Below are positions 8,027 through 17,363 of a DNA stretch of 45,482 bases, piece by piece (the first letter of the stretch is position 1; each line of letters begins with the position of its first letter). The stretch is from a virus (lineage: Duplodnaviria > Caudoviricetes). Under the pieces are notes generated by a model. It had not been told where the DNA came from. It saw only the letters and a program-made list of their open reading frames with translations, and ran no database searches. The DNA lies in the IMG/VR virus record IMGVR_UViG_3300048856_000132, positions 1-45,482 of that record; one strand, written 5' to 3'. The position numbers were made by a program, and so were the translations under genes.

Positions 8027-8404
8027 TCAGGAAGGCGAGGCCGGCCAGTCGACTTCGGCGGGGTTGCTGACGTCCTGCGGGATGTCTCGGAGCGCCTGGC
8101 GATAGGCCGCCCATTCGGTCTTCTGCGCCTTGGTGAGTGGCGAGTCCGAGAGCATCGTCCAGTCGCTCTGCCGCAGCCGTTCATCTCGCTGCAGCCGGAT
8201 AGCATCCCACGAAGGGCCCGCCGGCTCGGGCTCCGGCGGCGACTTGAACCCGCCCCCGTCGACGACCCACCCTTGCTTGACCTTGGCCGGAACCTCTTTC
8301 AGGCTGGCGGCGAAATCGTTGGCGAAGGCGTCCATCGGAAAGCCGGCGGGGAGATGAAGGATTTCGGCGACGACGCCGTCGCTCACGCGTGCATAGGTGG
8401 TCAT
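8027..8404 (-). CDS. Tail fibre assembly chaperone
   Basis: WDAIRLQRDERLRQSDWT..WAAYRQALRDIPQ..WP motif. Confidence 0.88.
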   Translation of the reverse strand: MTTYARVSDGVVAEILHLPAGFPMDAFANDFAASLKEVPAKVKQGWVVDGGGFKSPPEPEPAGPSWDAIRLQRDERLRQSDWTMLSDSPLTKAQKTEWAAYRQALRDIPQDVSNPAEVDWPASPS

Positions 8405-8413
8405 GGCCGCCCC

Positions 8414-9268
8414 TTAATAGCTGATGATGATGCAGCCGCCGCCGCCAGGACCGCCCGCTGTTTTCCCGAGATAGGCGGCCCCGCCGGACCCGCCGCCGCC
8501 AGGAAAAGAGCCCGTCTGGCCGTCTGCCGTATTTGGGCCCGTAGGCGCGCCGCAATAGGCAGCGGCGCCAAACCCGCCGATGGCGCCGGTGGTGCCAAGC
8601 GGTATCCCGAGCTGTCCCGACCGCCCGTTGATGCCGATGTCGCCGCCGCTCGTCGAGCCGCCGAGACCGGCGACCAAGACAATCGCGTTCGATGCACCCG
8701 TGCCCGCGCTGCCGCCGATGCAGGTGATGCCGCCGAATGTGGATGAGCCGGCATTGCCCCCGCTGCCGCCGCCACTCGATCCGCCCGTGCCGCCCGCGCC
8801 GACGACGCCCGCAAGGGATGCCCCCGGGGTCGTTGCGATGCGCTTGCGCGAGTAGGATCCAGACCCTCCGCCCGAACCTGCTGCGAGCGTGCTGGACGAT
8901 CCGGCCCCGCCGCCCCCGCCGCCGGCGGCCCACACTTGGGCATCGACGGCGTAGACTTCAGCGGGAACGGTGAAGGTGAAGGCGCCCGGCGTGGCAAAGA
9001 TCACGCGCCGGGCGCCAACGTAGCCACGGGCATTGGTCACGCTGCTGACGATCTGGTTTGTCAGAAGCTCCAGCGCCTGCCAGAGCTGCGTCAGATCCTC
9101 CTTGGTCGGCGTCAGGCCGGCTTGCTCGATGACGTGGACGATCTCCTCCATCGATTGCGTGAAGGCCTCGTGTTTGACGGCATGCCCCTTCACCCCGGCT
9201 TCGCGGTTTCGCCAGGGCTCGTTGACCTCGGCCAGAATGTAGGGATCAAGGGGAAGTTGGCGGTCCAT
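8414..9268 (-). CDS. Gly-rich tail fibre protein
   Basis: Start MDRQLPLD; N-terminal EEIVHVIEQAGLTP..DLTQLWQA anchor; GAGGGGG-rich C-terminal domain. Confidence 0.8.
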   Translation of the reverse strand: MDRQLPLDPYILAEVNEPWRNREAGVKGHAVKHEAFTQSMEEIVHVIEQAGLTPTKEDLTQLWQALELLTNQIVSSVTNARGYVGARRVIFATPGAFTFTVPAEVYAVDAQVWAAGGGGGGAGSSSTLAAGSGGGSGSYSRKRIATTPGASLAGVVGAGGTGGSSGGGSGGNAGSSTFGGITCIGGSAGTGASNAIVLVAGLGGSTSGGDIGINGRSGQLGIPLGTTGAIGGFGAAAYCGAPTGPNTADGQTGSFPGGGGSGGAAYLGKTAGGPGGGGCIIISY

Positions 9269-9272
9269 GCGT

Positions 9273-10061
9273 TTACTCCCAGACCGGCAGCCACACGCTG
9301 GGCCAACCGGAAAAAGTGGTGAGGGCGGAATAGTCGAAGATCGGCCGATAAGGGGCCGGCAGTGCGCGCTCGAACAGGCATTCGACGACCTCGGCCTGGT
9401 CGAAGTCGTAGAGCGGCGTGAAACCCGCCTCGCCGACGCCGGCCTCGAAGCCGTACTCGCCGGCACCGAGCACCCAAAAGACGACGCTCCATTCCTCTTC
9501 GGGCCCGCCGGTCTCGTCGGGACCACCGCATTCGAAGACGCCGGCCTCGCAGATCACGGGCTCCTCGATCACCACGGAATAGCCGAGCATGTCGGCCAGC
9601 CGCAGGAAGTCGCCGGGCGTGATCGTGCCGGTGGAGGCCACCTTCTGTCGGAGCCAGCGATAGCGGGCGTCGTCCGGCTGGTAGACCTGGACGCATTCCT
9701 CCGGCAGCCCGAACTCGGCCTCCCAGTCGATGAGCGAGCCGACGAGCGACGCCGAGGAGGAGTCCATTGTCGTGCGCCAGGCGTCCCGGTAAAGCACCCC
9801 AAACGCGTCCATGCGCGCCCGCCAGGCCGCGGCGAGCGTCGAGGATGGGTCGAGAGCCACCCCGTCCGGCGTGCCCCAGGCTGCGCCCTTCGGCAGTAGC
9901 GCGAAGGCACCGCCGGCAAGATCCTCGATCGACGGGTCGGACAGCGCGTCCGCCATCTGCCGCGGCACCGCAACGAAATCCTGCCGCGGCCAGAACCGCA
10001 GCTCGATCCCGTCCAGCCCCTCCGCGAATTCCGTTCCCTCCAGCGCGTGCCAGCGGGACAT
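9273..10061 (-). CDS. Baseplate wedge protein, Mu gp48/DUF2313(YmfQ)-like
   Basis: ALLPKGAAW, DWEAEFGLPEEC motifs; ATG 10061 coupled to the gp47 stop. Confidence 0.82.
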   Translation of the reverse strand: MSRWHALEGTEFAEGLDGIELRFWPRQDFVAVPRQMADALSDPSIEDLAGGAFALLPKGAAWGTPDGVALDPSSTLAAAWRARMDAFGVLYRDAWRTTMDSSSASLVGSLIDWEAEFGLPEECVQVYQPDDARYRWLRQKVASTGTITPGDFLRLADMLGYSVVIEEPVICEAGVFECGGPDETGGPEEEWSVVFWVLGAGEYGFEAGVGEAGFTPLYDFDQAEVVECLFERALPAPYRPIFDYSALTTFSGWPSVWLPVWE

Positions 10062-11134
10062 CAGACAAAGCTCACGGTGCCGAGGACGGGATACTGGCCG
10101 AGGGTGAAGCTCGGATCGGCCGACGGCGAGACGAGCGTGTGCCGGTCCTCGCCGACGGCGTCCGAAATCGCCTCTGCGATCCACGAACGCGACAGCAAGA
10201 AGGGATCGTCCGGAAGCCCCGGCCGCGCCCGCGCCTTGAACACGGCCGCCAGCGCCAGGCTGACATTCTGCCGGATCTCCACCGTGTCAGGCGTCAGCGC
10301 CACCGTCACGGCCACGGACACCGCCGTCGGCGCATACACCCGGAGGTCGCGAAGCCCGATCAGCCGCCGCGCCTCGATCGAGGTTCTGACTGCATCCACC
10401 TCCGCGCCGCTCGGGATCGCGCCGCCGGTGGAAAGGAACCACACCCCGACGCTGCCGGGCCCGTTCACCAGGCGCCGCGCCCACACCTTGCTGACGAAAG
10501 AAAGCTCCAGCGCGAACCGTTCGTAGTCCGCCTCGGCGCCACCCTGCGGGGGGTTGCGCTTGCGCGAGAGCACCCGAGCGCGAAGGCTCTCAACCTCCTC
10601 CTGGTCCGCCCCGCCGGAGATGCCGCCCGCTGTGACCGTCGCCTCCGTCGAAAGCCCGGGGAATAGCCCCGGCTCGGAGAGCGCCAGCTTTTCGCCCGAA
10701 ACGCGGTTGCCCCGCGTCCCGGCCGTGGTGGCGACGATCGGGATCGTCACCGTGCCATCGCCGGCGATCGTCACGTCGCTCGTCGACCGGTAGATGATAC
10801 CGCCGGAAAGAAAGGTCAGCCCCGAGGGGAAGACGAGCCCCGGCGTTCCGGTAGCCGCGAGGTTGCCCCCTGCGGGAGACGCCGCCTTGCGCAGCACGCC
10901 GAACTCGTAGGCGTGGCGCTGCTCCAGGTGCTCGGCATCCGCCGTCGAGGCGAAGAGCTGCCGGTAGAGAAAGCCGATGCGAAGATCCATCTCCTTCAGG
11001 AGGATGGCGACCACCTCGGCGTCGACGGCGAGAACCGTCTCCTCGAGCGTCGCATCGGTGCCGGGAAGCTCCCGGCGGTAGGCCGCCTGCGTGGTGTCCG
11101 AAAGTTCACGGACCGAGCGGCTTTGATACGCCAT
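10061..11134 (-). CDS. Baseplate J / Mu gp47-like
   Basis: GGADQEEVESLRARVL..PPQGGAEADY motif. Confidence 0.92.
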   Translation of the reverse strand: MAYQSRSVRELSDTTQAAYRRELPGTDATLEETVLAVDAEVVAILLKEMDLRIGFLYRQLFASTADAEHLEQRHAYEFGVLRKAASPAGGNLAATGTPGLVFPSGLTFLSGGIIYRSTSDVTIAGDGTVTIPIVATTAGTRGNRVSGEKLALSEPGLFPGLSTEATVTAGGISGGADQEEVESLRARVLSRKRNPPQGGAEADYERFALELSFVSKVWARRLVNGPGSVGVWFLSTGGAIPSGAEVDAVRTSIEARRLIGLRDLRVYAPTAVSVAVTVALTPDTVEIRQNVSLALAAVFKARARPGLPDDPFLLSRSWIAEAISDAVGEDRHTLVSPSADPSFTLGQYPVLGTVSFV

Positions 11135-11624
11135 CGAGTTGCTCCCAAAGCACGCCGAATTTCTGCTGGTAGACGGCCGCGCCGTCGCGCCCGTAGAGCG
11201 CGATGTCGAGGTCGAGACGGTTCCGGACGGGGTCCGCCGTAGCGACCGCGTCCACGCGCACGCAGGCCTCCTGGTCGATCAGCGTCTGCAGCGCCTCGCG
11301 CGCATAGTCTTCCGCCAGGCGCGGCGTCTCCGCCTCGCTCACCGTGCGCCGCCGCAGCAGCCACAGGCGCGAGCCCAGCGGCCGCCCCGTCCGGCGGATG
11401 AAGGCGGCGTCGCCCGGCCAGCCCTTGTTCTCGTCGCCGTCGCGAAGCTCCGACGGGTCGACGCGCCGATCGGTCATCAGGCAGATCAGCACCGCCGTCG
11501 CCAGCTGCTGCTGCGACCGGAGACCGGGGCCGGAGACTGCGAGATCGCCGGTGACGCCGTTCCAGACGAGATCGGGCGACAGTTGCGGAGGCGCCTCGGC
11601 GCCGAGCGGGATGATCCGGATCAT
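11106..11624 (-). CDS. Mu gp46-like baseplate protein
   Basis: LATAVLICLMTDRR, GWPGD, GSRLWLLRR, AEDYAREAL motifs. Confidence 0.9.
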   Translation of the reverse strand: MIRIIPLGAEAPPQLSPDLVWNGVTGDLAVSGPGLRSQQQLATAVLICLMTDRRVDPSELRDGDENKGWPGDAAFIRRTGRPLGSRLWLLRRRTVSEAETPRLAEDYAREALQTLIDQEACVRVDAVATADPVRNRLDLDIALYGRDGAAVYQQKFGVLWEQLDGVSKPLGP

Positions 11625-12109
11625 TTCATCCTCACCGTCGTGGCGAAGTTCGCCTGTTCGGCATGGCCGGCGCTGTCGAGCGTGCCCTGTGCCGAGGCGG
11701 GTCGCGCGGCGTCCTCGCCGCCCAGCCGGATGTCAGCCGATTCGAGCACGATCATCGGCGCCACGAGCACGATCTTCTCATTGGCGACAAAGCGGATCAT
11801 GGTCTCGACGATAGAGATTGCCTGGCCATAGGCATCATAGAGGACGGTATGTCCGCCCCCCATCTTCGGCCGATGCGACGGATGCTCCGCACCGATCAGC
11901 AGCGACGTCGAATGATCGCCGCCGAGCGCCAGCTGCATGCCGATGGAGCCCGGCGGCGGCCGCGAAGACAGGCCGAACTGCTGAGGCTGCAGGATGTGCT
12001 TCGGCGCGTGCCCCGCCCTGCCCCGGCCCGAGGCGTAGAGATATCCGTCGTCGCGCTCCTCGTCCTCGTCGAGCTCGAAGCGCGTCAAATAGGGGCTTTG
12101 TCCGCTCAT
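11621..12109 (-). CDS. Baseplate spike, Mu gp45-like
   Basis: QQFGLSSRPPPG, GHTVLYDAYG; start MSGQSPY coupled to the upstream stop. Confidence 0.8.
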   Translation of the reverse strand: MSGQSPYLTRFELDEDEERDDGYLYASGRGRAGHAPKHILQPQQFGLSSRPPPGSIGMQLALGGDHSTSLLIGAEHPSHRPKMGGGHTVLYDAYGQAISIVETMIRFVANEKIVLVAPMIVLESADIRLGGEDAARPASAQGTLDSAGHAEQANFATTVRMK

Positions 12110-13200
12110 TGCGCCGTCACTTCCGCTTCTTCCCCCGGGGTGGACCACGCCTCGTCGGAGGAGCCCTGCGATTTCTGGCCGCCCAGCGCGCGCGGATCGA
12201 CGAGGGTCAGCACCGCCTGCGTCGCCGCACCGTCGCCGTCCTCGCCCGGCCCCTGGAAGAAGGCGACGGACTTGATCACCATGTCCTGCCTGAGGAAGAT
12301 CAGCGGGTCGTCGAGCGAGACGAGCCAGTTCCGTGTCCACAGCTGCCCGGCCTCGTCTCGCCACCCGGCCACCGTCACCGTCGCCTCGCGGGATTGCCCG
12401 GCCGCGCGCGCCGCGTGCCACTCGGCCCGCTTCTTCGCCTTGGCCGTGGTGGTCTCTCCCTCCTGGAGGATGACCTTCGGGCGCTTGCGCCCAACCGATC
12501 CGTCCTTCGCCCGCGCCTCGATCCTGAGCGCGCCGGGCCCATGTCCCCGCGCCGACTGGCCGCGCACGATCACCGGATCGTGCCGGCCCTTGCCGGAGAG
12601 CTTGCCGGCACCGGCCCGGATGTTGACGCCGAGCGCCAGCCCACCGGCATGGCGACCCTCCGGCTTATCGGCGATCACGGCCCGCCCCTGCGGATCGTCG
12701 TAGATCAGCAGCCCGCGCGCCCGTGCCAGCCGCTCCACAGCCTGGAAGTTCGTCTCGCCGGGGATGACGGAAAAGTCCGGCTCCTCCTCCATCTCGGCGG
12801 TACTGGTCCATTCCACGTCCGAACTCTCGAACGTGTCCGCGATCCCCTTGATGGTCTTCTTCTCGGCAAAGCCCGTCGGATGGTCGATCGAGCTTTCCAC
12901 AGTATCGATCGTCTTCGACAGCCACTCGACGTCAATCGAGCCACCCTCTTCGGTATGGTCGGCGGAGACGTCACCAATTACCCCGGTTCCCCAGAGCTCG
13001 CCGGAAACGTGCACCTCTGCCTTCATGTCGGGCCGGGGCGTGAACTCGCCGATCCGGGCGAGCGGCGGCAGCGCGCATTTGAAGTTCGCTTTTCGGACGG
13101 CCTCCTGCGCGCTGGCGGCCATGTTGACGGTCTGCCATGCGGCGAAGGTCTTTCCCCCGACCACCAGTGTCACGGTCTCAAGCGGCATGCCGGCGCTCAT
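12106..13200 (-). CDS. Baseplate hub, Mu gp44 (gpP)-like
   Basis: PGETNFQAVERLARARGLL..LGVNI..GWRDEAGQLW motifs; synteny. Confidence 0.87.
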   Translation of the reverse strand: MSAGMPLETVTLVVGGKTFAAWQTVNMAASAQEAVRKANFKCALPPLARIGEFTPRPDMKAEVHVSGELWGTGVIGDVSADHTEEGGSIDVEWLSKTIDTVESSIDHPTGFAEKKTIKGIADTFESSDVEWTSTAEMEEEPDFSVIPGETNFQAVERLARARGLLIYDDPQGRAVIADKPEGRHAGGLALGVNIRAGAGKLSGKGRHDPVIVRGQSARGHGPGALRIEARAKDGSVGRKRPKVILQEGETTTAKAKKRAEWHAARAAGQSREATVTVAGWRDEAGQLWTRNWLVSLDDPLIFLRQDMVIKSVAFFQGPGEDGDGAATQAVLTLVDPRALGGQKSQGSSDEAWSTPGEEAEVTAQ

Positions 13201-13856
13201 CGCGCCAGCGCCTCGATGGCGACGGGCATCAGCATCGGCGTCGATACCCGGTTGCGCTCCACCAGCTCGCCCGCCCTCTCGGGATCCTCGTAGAGTTCCC
13301 AGGCCAGCAGCGTCGACGGCAGCGAGATCCCGGTCTCGACCCGCACCAGCGGCGCCCGGCTGGCCGCGATGCGCGACAGCTCGACCGCCGTCTGCCCCGT
13401 CATCAGGTCGAAGGCGTCGGCGGCGACGAAGCCGAGCGCGTCGCCGAGCGGCTCACCGATCCGCCGCGCCAGCACCCGGACGAGGTCCCGCGCCGCGGCG
13501 GCGTCCGGCTGCGCCGGATAGTCGGTGCGGATCAGGCAGGCGCAATAGGCCCCGGCCAGCACCGCCGCGAGCGCGGCGGGAAACCCGTATTCGATGTCGA
13601 TCTCGCCCAGCACCGTCGCGATGTGCGAGCCCACCACTGCGGCGTCGCCGCCGCCGGCCAGCGCCGTCGCCAGCGCGCCGAAGGCCTGGACGAAGGCGGC
13701 CGGGTCCGCCACCGCCGAAGGCGCCAGCGCGACCAGCGTGACGCCGAGCGCTTCCGCGCGCGACCGGTCCCGCTCGCCCATCCGCGCCAGCGCAATCATG
13801 TCGACCAGGCGCCCCGCGACGGCGATCGCGAGGGCCGTCTGCTCTTCAGGCTGCAT
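13197..13856 (-). CDS. C-terminal part of Mu gp43 (gpN) DNA circularisation protein
   Basis: SLPSTLLAWELYEDPERAGELVERNRV..P..MP motif. Confidence 0.75.
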   Translation of the reverse strand: MQPEEQTALAIAVAGRLVDMIALARMGERDRSRAEALGVTLVALAPSAVADPAAFVQAFGALATALAGGGDAAVVGSHIATVLGEIDIEYGFPAALAAVLAGAYCACLIRTDYPAQPDAAAARDLVRVLARRIGEPLGDALGFVAADAFDLMTGQTAVELSRIAASRAPLVRVETGISLPSTLLAWELYEDPERAGELVERNRVSTPMLMPVAIEALAR

Positions 13857-13859
13857 AAA

Positions 13860-14315
13860 TCACCTCAGCGCCGAAACCACGGCTTGGGTCAGGGAGGCGA
13901 GCGCAGACAGCGCCCCGTTAGCATCGAAGGACGGCGCGAAGGCCACCGCACCGCCGACCTTGATGAAGCTGATGTCGTAGGCGATGAACCCGCCCCGATC
14001 CTTTTGACGGCTCCGGCGAAATTCGGCGGCATGCGCCGTCATCCCGCCTTCCATCGGCAGCACCAGACGCCCCGGCCCCGGCGACCGCAACGCCTGCGAA
14101 AGCCGGCGTGCCTCGGCATCGGCAAGATCGCTGGCGAGATAGGCCGTGATCGGAAACACCGTCTCCCGCGATCCGAAATCCTCGGTAATCGGTGTCTCGC
14201 CATAGGCGACGTGCTGCACAGCGATACGCCGTCCGCCGTCCTGCCCCTCTTCGTCCACCCAGAACCGCACGCCCTTGAACGATGCAGGCAGGAAAGCCTT
14301 GGACCAGTCACGCAT
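13860..14315 (-). CDS. DNA circularisation protein N-terminal domain (Mu gpN-like)
   Basis: W...LPASFKGVRFWV..GGRR..H..EDFG..GPGRLVLP. Confidence 0.87.
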   Translation of the reverse strand: MRDWSKAFLPASFKGVRFWVDEEGQDGGRRIAVQHVAYGETPITEDFGSRETVFPITAYLASDLADAEARRLSQALRSPGPGRLVLPMEGGMTAHAAEFRRSRQKDRGGFIAYDISFIKVGGAVAFAPSFDANGALSALASLTQAVVSALR

Positions 14316-14317
14316 CG

Positions 14318-16177
14318 TCAGTTTCCTGCATCTGGCATGGACGTCCCGAGGCTGCGCCCAGAAGGTGCCGTCACCGCTCCATTGACATTGACCTTGACGC
14401 CGGCGGCGAGCGCCGCGCGGATTGCGGCGGCCACCTGCGCCCCGCCAACGCCGAAAGCCGTAGCGATGGCCGCGCTGAGCGATGCCGACATCGTCTGCCC
14501 ACCCGCCTCGATCGAGGCTTTGGCCTGGTCGCCACCTTGTGCCACTGCGGCGCCGCCAGCTTCCATCGCGGCCTTCAGAGCGGAGGTGTCGACCTCATCA
14601 ATGACATCCTGCCCGGTGACGCCCTTCTGGAACGAACTACCGCTCGGCGCCAGCATGGCACCGTACTGGCCGCGCATGGCCTGCATGGACGACGCCTCCG
14701 CCTGACGCGCGGAGATCAGCGGTGCCGTCCGTGCCGTGCTCACGGCCACCGGCTCCGGCGCCGCGGCGGCGACAGGAGCATCGCGGAAAATCGGCGCCGG
14801 CGTGCCGGTGCGGCTTGGCTTCTGTGCGTCGAGGAAACCCCGCCCGGCATAGTTCCGCCGCGCGTTCATCCCCACCTGTTCAGCCGTGCCCGGATCCTGC
14901 ATCCGGTCATAGGCTTCGTATTCCGCGATCAGCGCCGCATCGGCCGGGCCGCTGGCGTAATTCAGCGTGCGATAGATCGAAGAGTCGCCCCGGGCCTTTC
15001 GGATGGCGTCAGCCTTCGGCGCGTTGTCGATACCGGACGAGAGGTTGTCCATAACGTCTGCCGCGGGAGTGGCGATCACGCCCCCGACCGACTTCATCAA
15101 CGTGTCCAGGCTGGTGGACATGCGCTGGATGCTACCCTCAACATCGTCGGCAATGCGCTTGACGTCCCTGCCGACCGTGCCCTGCACTTGCGCGCCGTTC
15201 ATGATCTCAAGGAACCGCTTCACGCTGTCCGTCGAGGTCATCATGGATTGCATACCCAGTCGGAACTCCTGGTCGGTGAAGAGCAGGGGCAACTTCGTCA
15301 GGTCGCCTTTGACCGCCTCTTTCGAAAGCCGGACGAAGGCGTCCACGGCTCCCTCGCCGGACGCCTTGGCGGCCTCCATTTCCTTGCGCAGGTCGATGCC
15401 GAATTTCTTGAACGCGGTCGCCGTCTGGCCGGCATACATCTTGCCGAAGATGTTCTGCGCCTGCGTCGCGGCCGCCTCGGCGGAGCCAGTGTCCTCGCGG
15501 ATGGTCTGCAGCAGGGCGATGAGCTGCTTCAGGCCATCCTGGCCACTGTAGCCGAGGGTTGCGAACGAGTTGGCGAGGCCGGGGATGTAGGCCGCCATGT
15601 CCTTCAGCTCGAACTGACCGGCCTTGCCGCCCGCGACCATAATGTCGAACGCGTCCTGCATTTCGCTGGCCTGTAGGCCGAGAGCGCTCGCCGACTTCAA
15701 GGCGGTATTGGCAATGTCTTCTGTCGCCGCGCCCGTGGCCTGTGCCGTGTTCAGGACCGCGGGAAGGAATGCCATGGCCTCCTCGAGCGACTGGCCGGAT
15801 GCGACCAGCGTGTCGAGACCGGCCATGACCGACTCCAGGGGGAGCGCCGTCTGCGTCGCAAGACCTTGCAACGCTTCTCCTGCCTTCTTGGTCTCCTCGA
15901 CGGTGATGCCCGCCGTGATGCCGATCCGCGACATCTGCCGCTCGAAGAGCGCAAAGTCCTTGATCGCACGGGTGCCGCCATAGGCGAGCGCCGCCGGCCC
16001 GAGCACCCGGCCGACCGCCAGCATCGAGGCACCAGCCGAGCGCTCCAGCGCCGCCTGCGCCCGATTCACCGCGCCTGTCTTCCTCTGGACATCGTTCAGG
16101 CGCCGCGACACGGCATCGAAGGCCTTGGCGGTCCGGTCGACAGCCGATAGCTTCAGCCTTGCTTCAACTTCGCGCAT
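14318..16177 (-). CDS. Tape measure protein
   Basis: 619 aa, Ala-rich and helical; GKAGQFELKDMA motif; follows the tail chaperone. Confidence 0.9.
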   Translation of the reverse strand: MREVEARLKLSAVDRTAKAFDAVSRRLNDVQRKTGAVNRAQAALERSAGASMLAVGRVLGPAALAYGGTRAIKDFALFERQMSRIGITAGITVEETKKAGEALQGLATQTALPLESVMAGLDTLVASGQSLEEAMAFLPAVLNTAQATGAATEDIANTALKSASALGLQASEMQDAFDIMVAGGKAGQFELKDMAAYIPGLANSFATLGYSGQDGLKQLIALLQTIREDTGSAEAAATQAQNIFGKMYAGQTATAFKKFGIDLRKEMEAAKASGEGAVDAFVRLSKEAVKGDLTKLPLLFTDQEFRLGMQSMMTSTDSVKRFLEIMNGAQVQGTVGRDVKRIADDVEGSIQRMSTSLDTLMKSVGGVIATPAADVMDNLSSGIDNAPKADAIRKARGDSSIYRTLNYASGPADAALIAEYEAYDRMQDPGTAEQVGMNARRNYAGRGFLDAQKPSRTGTPAPIFRDAPVAAAAPEPVAVSTARTAPLISARQAEASSMQAMRGQYGAMLAPSGSSFQKGVTGQDVIDEVDTSALKAAMEAGGAAVAQGGDQAKASIEAGGQTMSASLSAAIATAFGVGGAQVAAAIRAALAAGVKVNVNGAVTAPSGRSLGTSMPDAGN

Positions 16178-16189
16178 AGGACGGCTTCC

Positions 16190-16564
16190 ATGTTTCTTCG
16201 CTACTGCGCATTGATCGGCGTGGCTCTTGGGTCCCTCATGACGAGTGAGGCCATTGGACAGGCTGCATTTGAACCGTCAGATTACAGCCCTACGGGAGAA
16301 GCCGTGATCAAGACGATCCGCATTGAGAGCGCGGGGAGATCATCACGCCGGGTTGTCGTCGCTGTCGGGAATCGAAGCGGCGAGGCGTTCAATGCGAATT
16401 TCGCCTGCACCCTCTTCGACAAAGCGGGAGATCCAGTCGACGCCGCCAGCGGCAGTATCCAGGGCGTTCCTCCCGGGCAAGAAGCCGTCGGTAAGTCGAT
16501 CAGTTTCGAAGGTGATGCTGACGCGGCGACCTGCCGCATCGAGTTCACGGTGCCCGCTACCTGA
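16190..16564 (+). CDS. Exported protein, FxLYD-like Ig-type domain (antisense moron)
   Basis: Signal peptide; V.N.SG..CTLFDKAG..V...PPGQ pattern; two mature-region Cys. Confidence 0.7.
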   Translation: MFLRYCALIGVALGSLMTSEAIGQAAFEPSDYSPTGEAVIKTIRIESAGRSSRRVVVAVGNRSGEAFNANFACTLFDKAGDPVDAASGSIQGVPPGQEAVGKSISFEGDADAATCRIEFTVPAT

Positions 16565-16567
16565 ACG

Positions 16568-16729
16568 CTACCGCCGCCGCCGCTTCTCCTCTGCATGCCA
16601 GGCCGCCGCGCTTCGAAACCACCACTCGATCGCGTCGAAGGTCATCGGTTCTACGTCGGAGGGGCGCCATCCAAGCCGGAAGACGAGCTCTCGCGCTTGT
16701 TCAGCGACTGCCGCGCCTCGGAAAAAAAA
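16568..16729 (-). CDS. -1 frameshift extension of the tail chaperone (gpE+E'/gpGT-like)
   Basis: AGT TTT TTT TCC at 16731-16720; -1 frame reads FRGAAVAEQARELVFRLGWRPSDVEPMTFDAIEWWFRSAAAWHAEEKRRRR* (W.PS...MT...I.WW GpE-type motif). Confidence 0.85.
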   Translation of the reverse strand, partial: FFFRGAAVAEQARELVFRLGWRPSDVEPMTFDAIEWWFRSAAAWHAEEKRRRR

Positions 16730-16980
16730 CTGTTCACCGCCTCCTCCACCGCGAATGCGTCTTCAAGAGACAGGCTGGACAGCGCACCGGGCGCCGGCTC
16801 CGTTGTCAGCCGGTCGACGTAGGAGAAGGTCGCGTCGCGGTAGGCGATGATGACCGCCCCCTGCCGCTCCGCCACGGGCCCGACCGCGCGATAGTCTGCA
16901 AGGGTCGGCTCGCGCAGCTGCACCGTGTCGAAGATGGAAGAGCCGACGACGTACTGCTTCGAGAGCCTGACGGTCTTCAT
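16651..16980 (-). CDS. Tail assembly chaperone (gpE/gp41-like)
   Basis: LREPT.ADY motif; lies between tube and tape measure; slippery T8 run. Confidence 0.85.
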   Translation of the reverse strand: MKTVRLSKQYVVGSSIFDTVQLREPTLADYRAVGPVAERQGAVIIAYRDATFSYVDRLTTEPAPGALSSLSLEDAFAVEEAVNSFFSEARQSLNKRESSSSGLDGAPPT

Positions 16981-17351
16981 CAGCCGCGCCGCTCGTAGCC
17001 GGAGGCCTCGATCATCAGGCCGGTCACCTCACCGTTGGCCCGGTTCGAGCGCGGGTCGCCGGTGATGACCGCCGAGATGAAGATGTGGTTCACGCTGGAG
17101 AACTCTTCGGCGAGATAGATATCCTGGCGCGCGGCGCGCAACAGGAGGTTCATATCGGTGCCGTCGTCCTCGAGCGTGATCTCCGCCGTGCGCGGGCGCA
17201 GCGTCGCCGAGCGCGAGACCGAGCCGTCTTGGTTGGTCACGCTCTCCGACGAGATTCCCGAAGTGCCGAGCGTGAAGGCGCCCCGCATGGTGAGATTGCG
17301 CCCGTCCGCGAGCTTCAGGCGCATCTCACCGCCAAAGTCCCTGCCTGTCAT
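16980..17351 (-). CDS. Tail tube protein
   Basis: 123 aa directly after the sheath; Mu gpM-like size and position. Confidence 0.8.
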   Translation of the reverse strand: MTGRDFGGEMRLKLADGRNLTMRGAFTLGTSGISSESVTNQDGSVSRSATLRPRTAEITLEDDGTDMNLLLRAARQDIYLAEEFSSVNHIFISAVITGDPRSNRANGEVTGLMIEASGYERRG

Positions 17352-17363
17352 GGTCCTGTCTCC

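Noticed and set aside
8414-8920. GCC-rich repeats as a regulatory or repeat element
   Set aside because: Explained by poly-Gly codons of the tail fibre
5916-9268. Diversity-generating retroelement or invertible tail-fibre cassette
   Set aside because: No reverse transcriptase, TR/VR pair, invertase or flanking inverted sites seen
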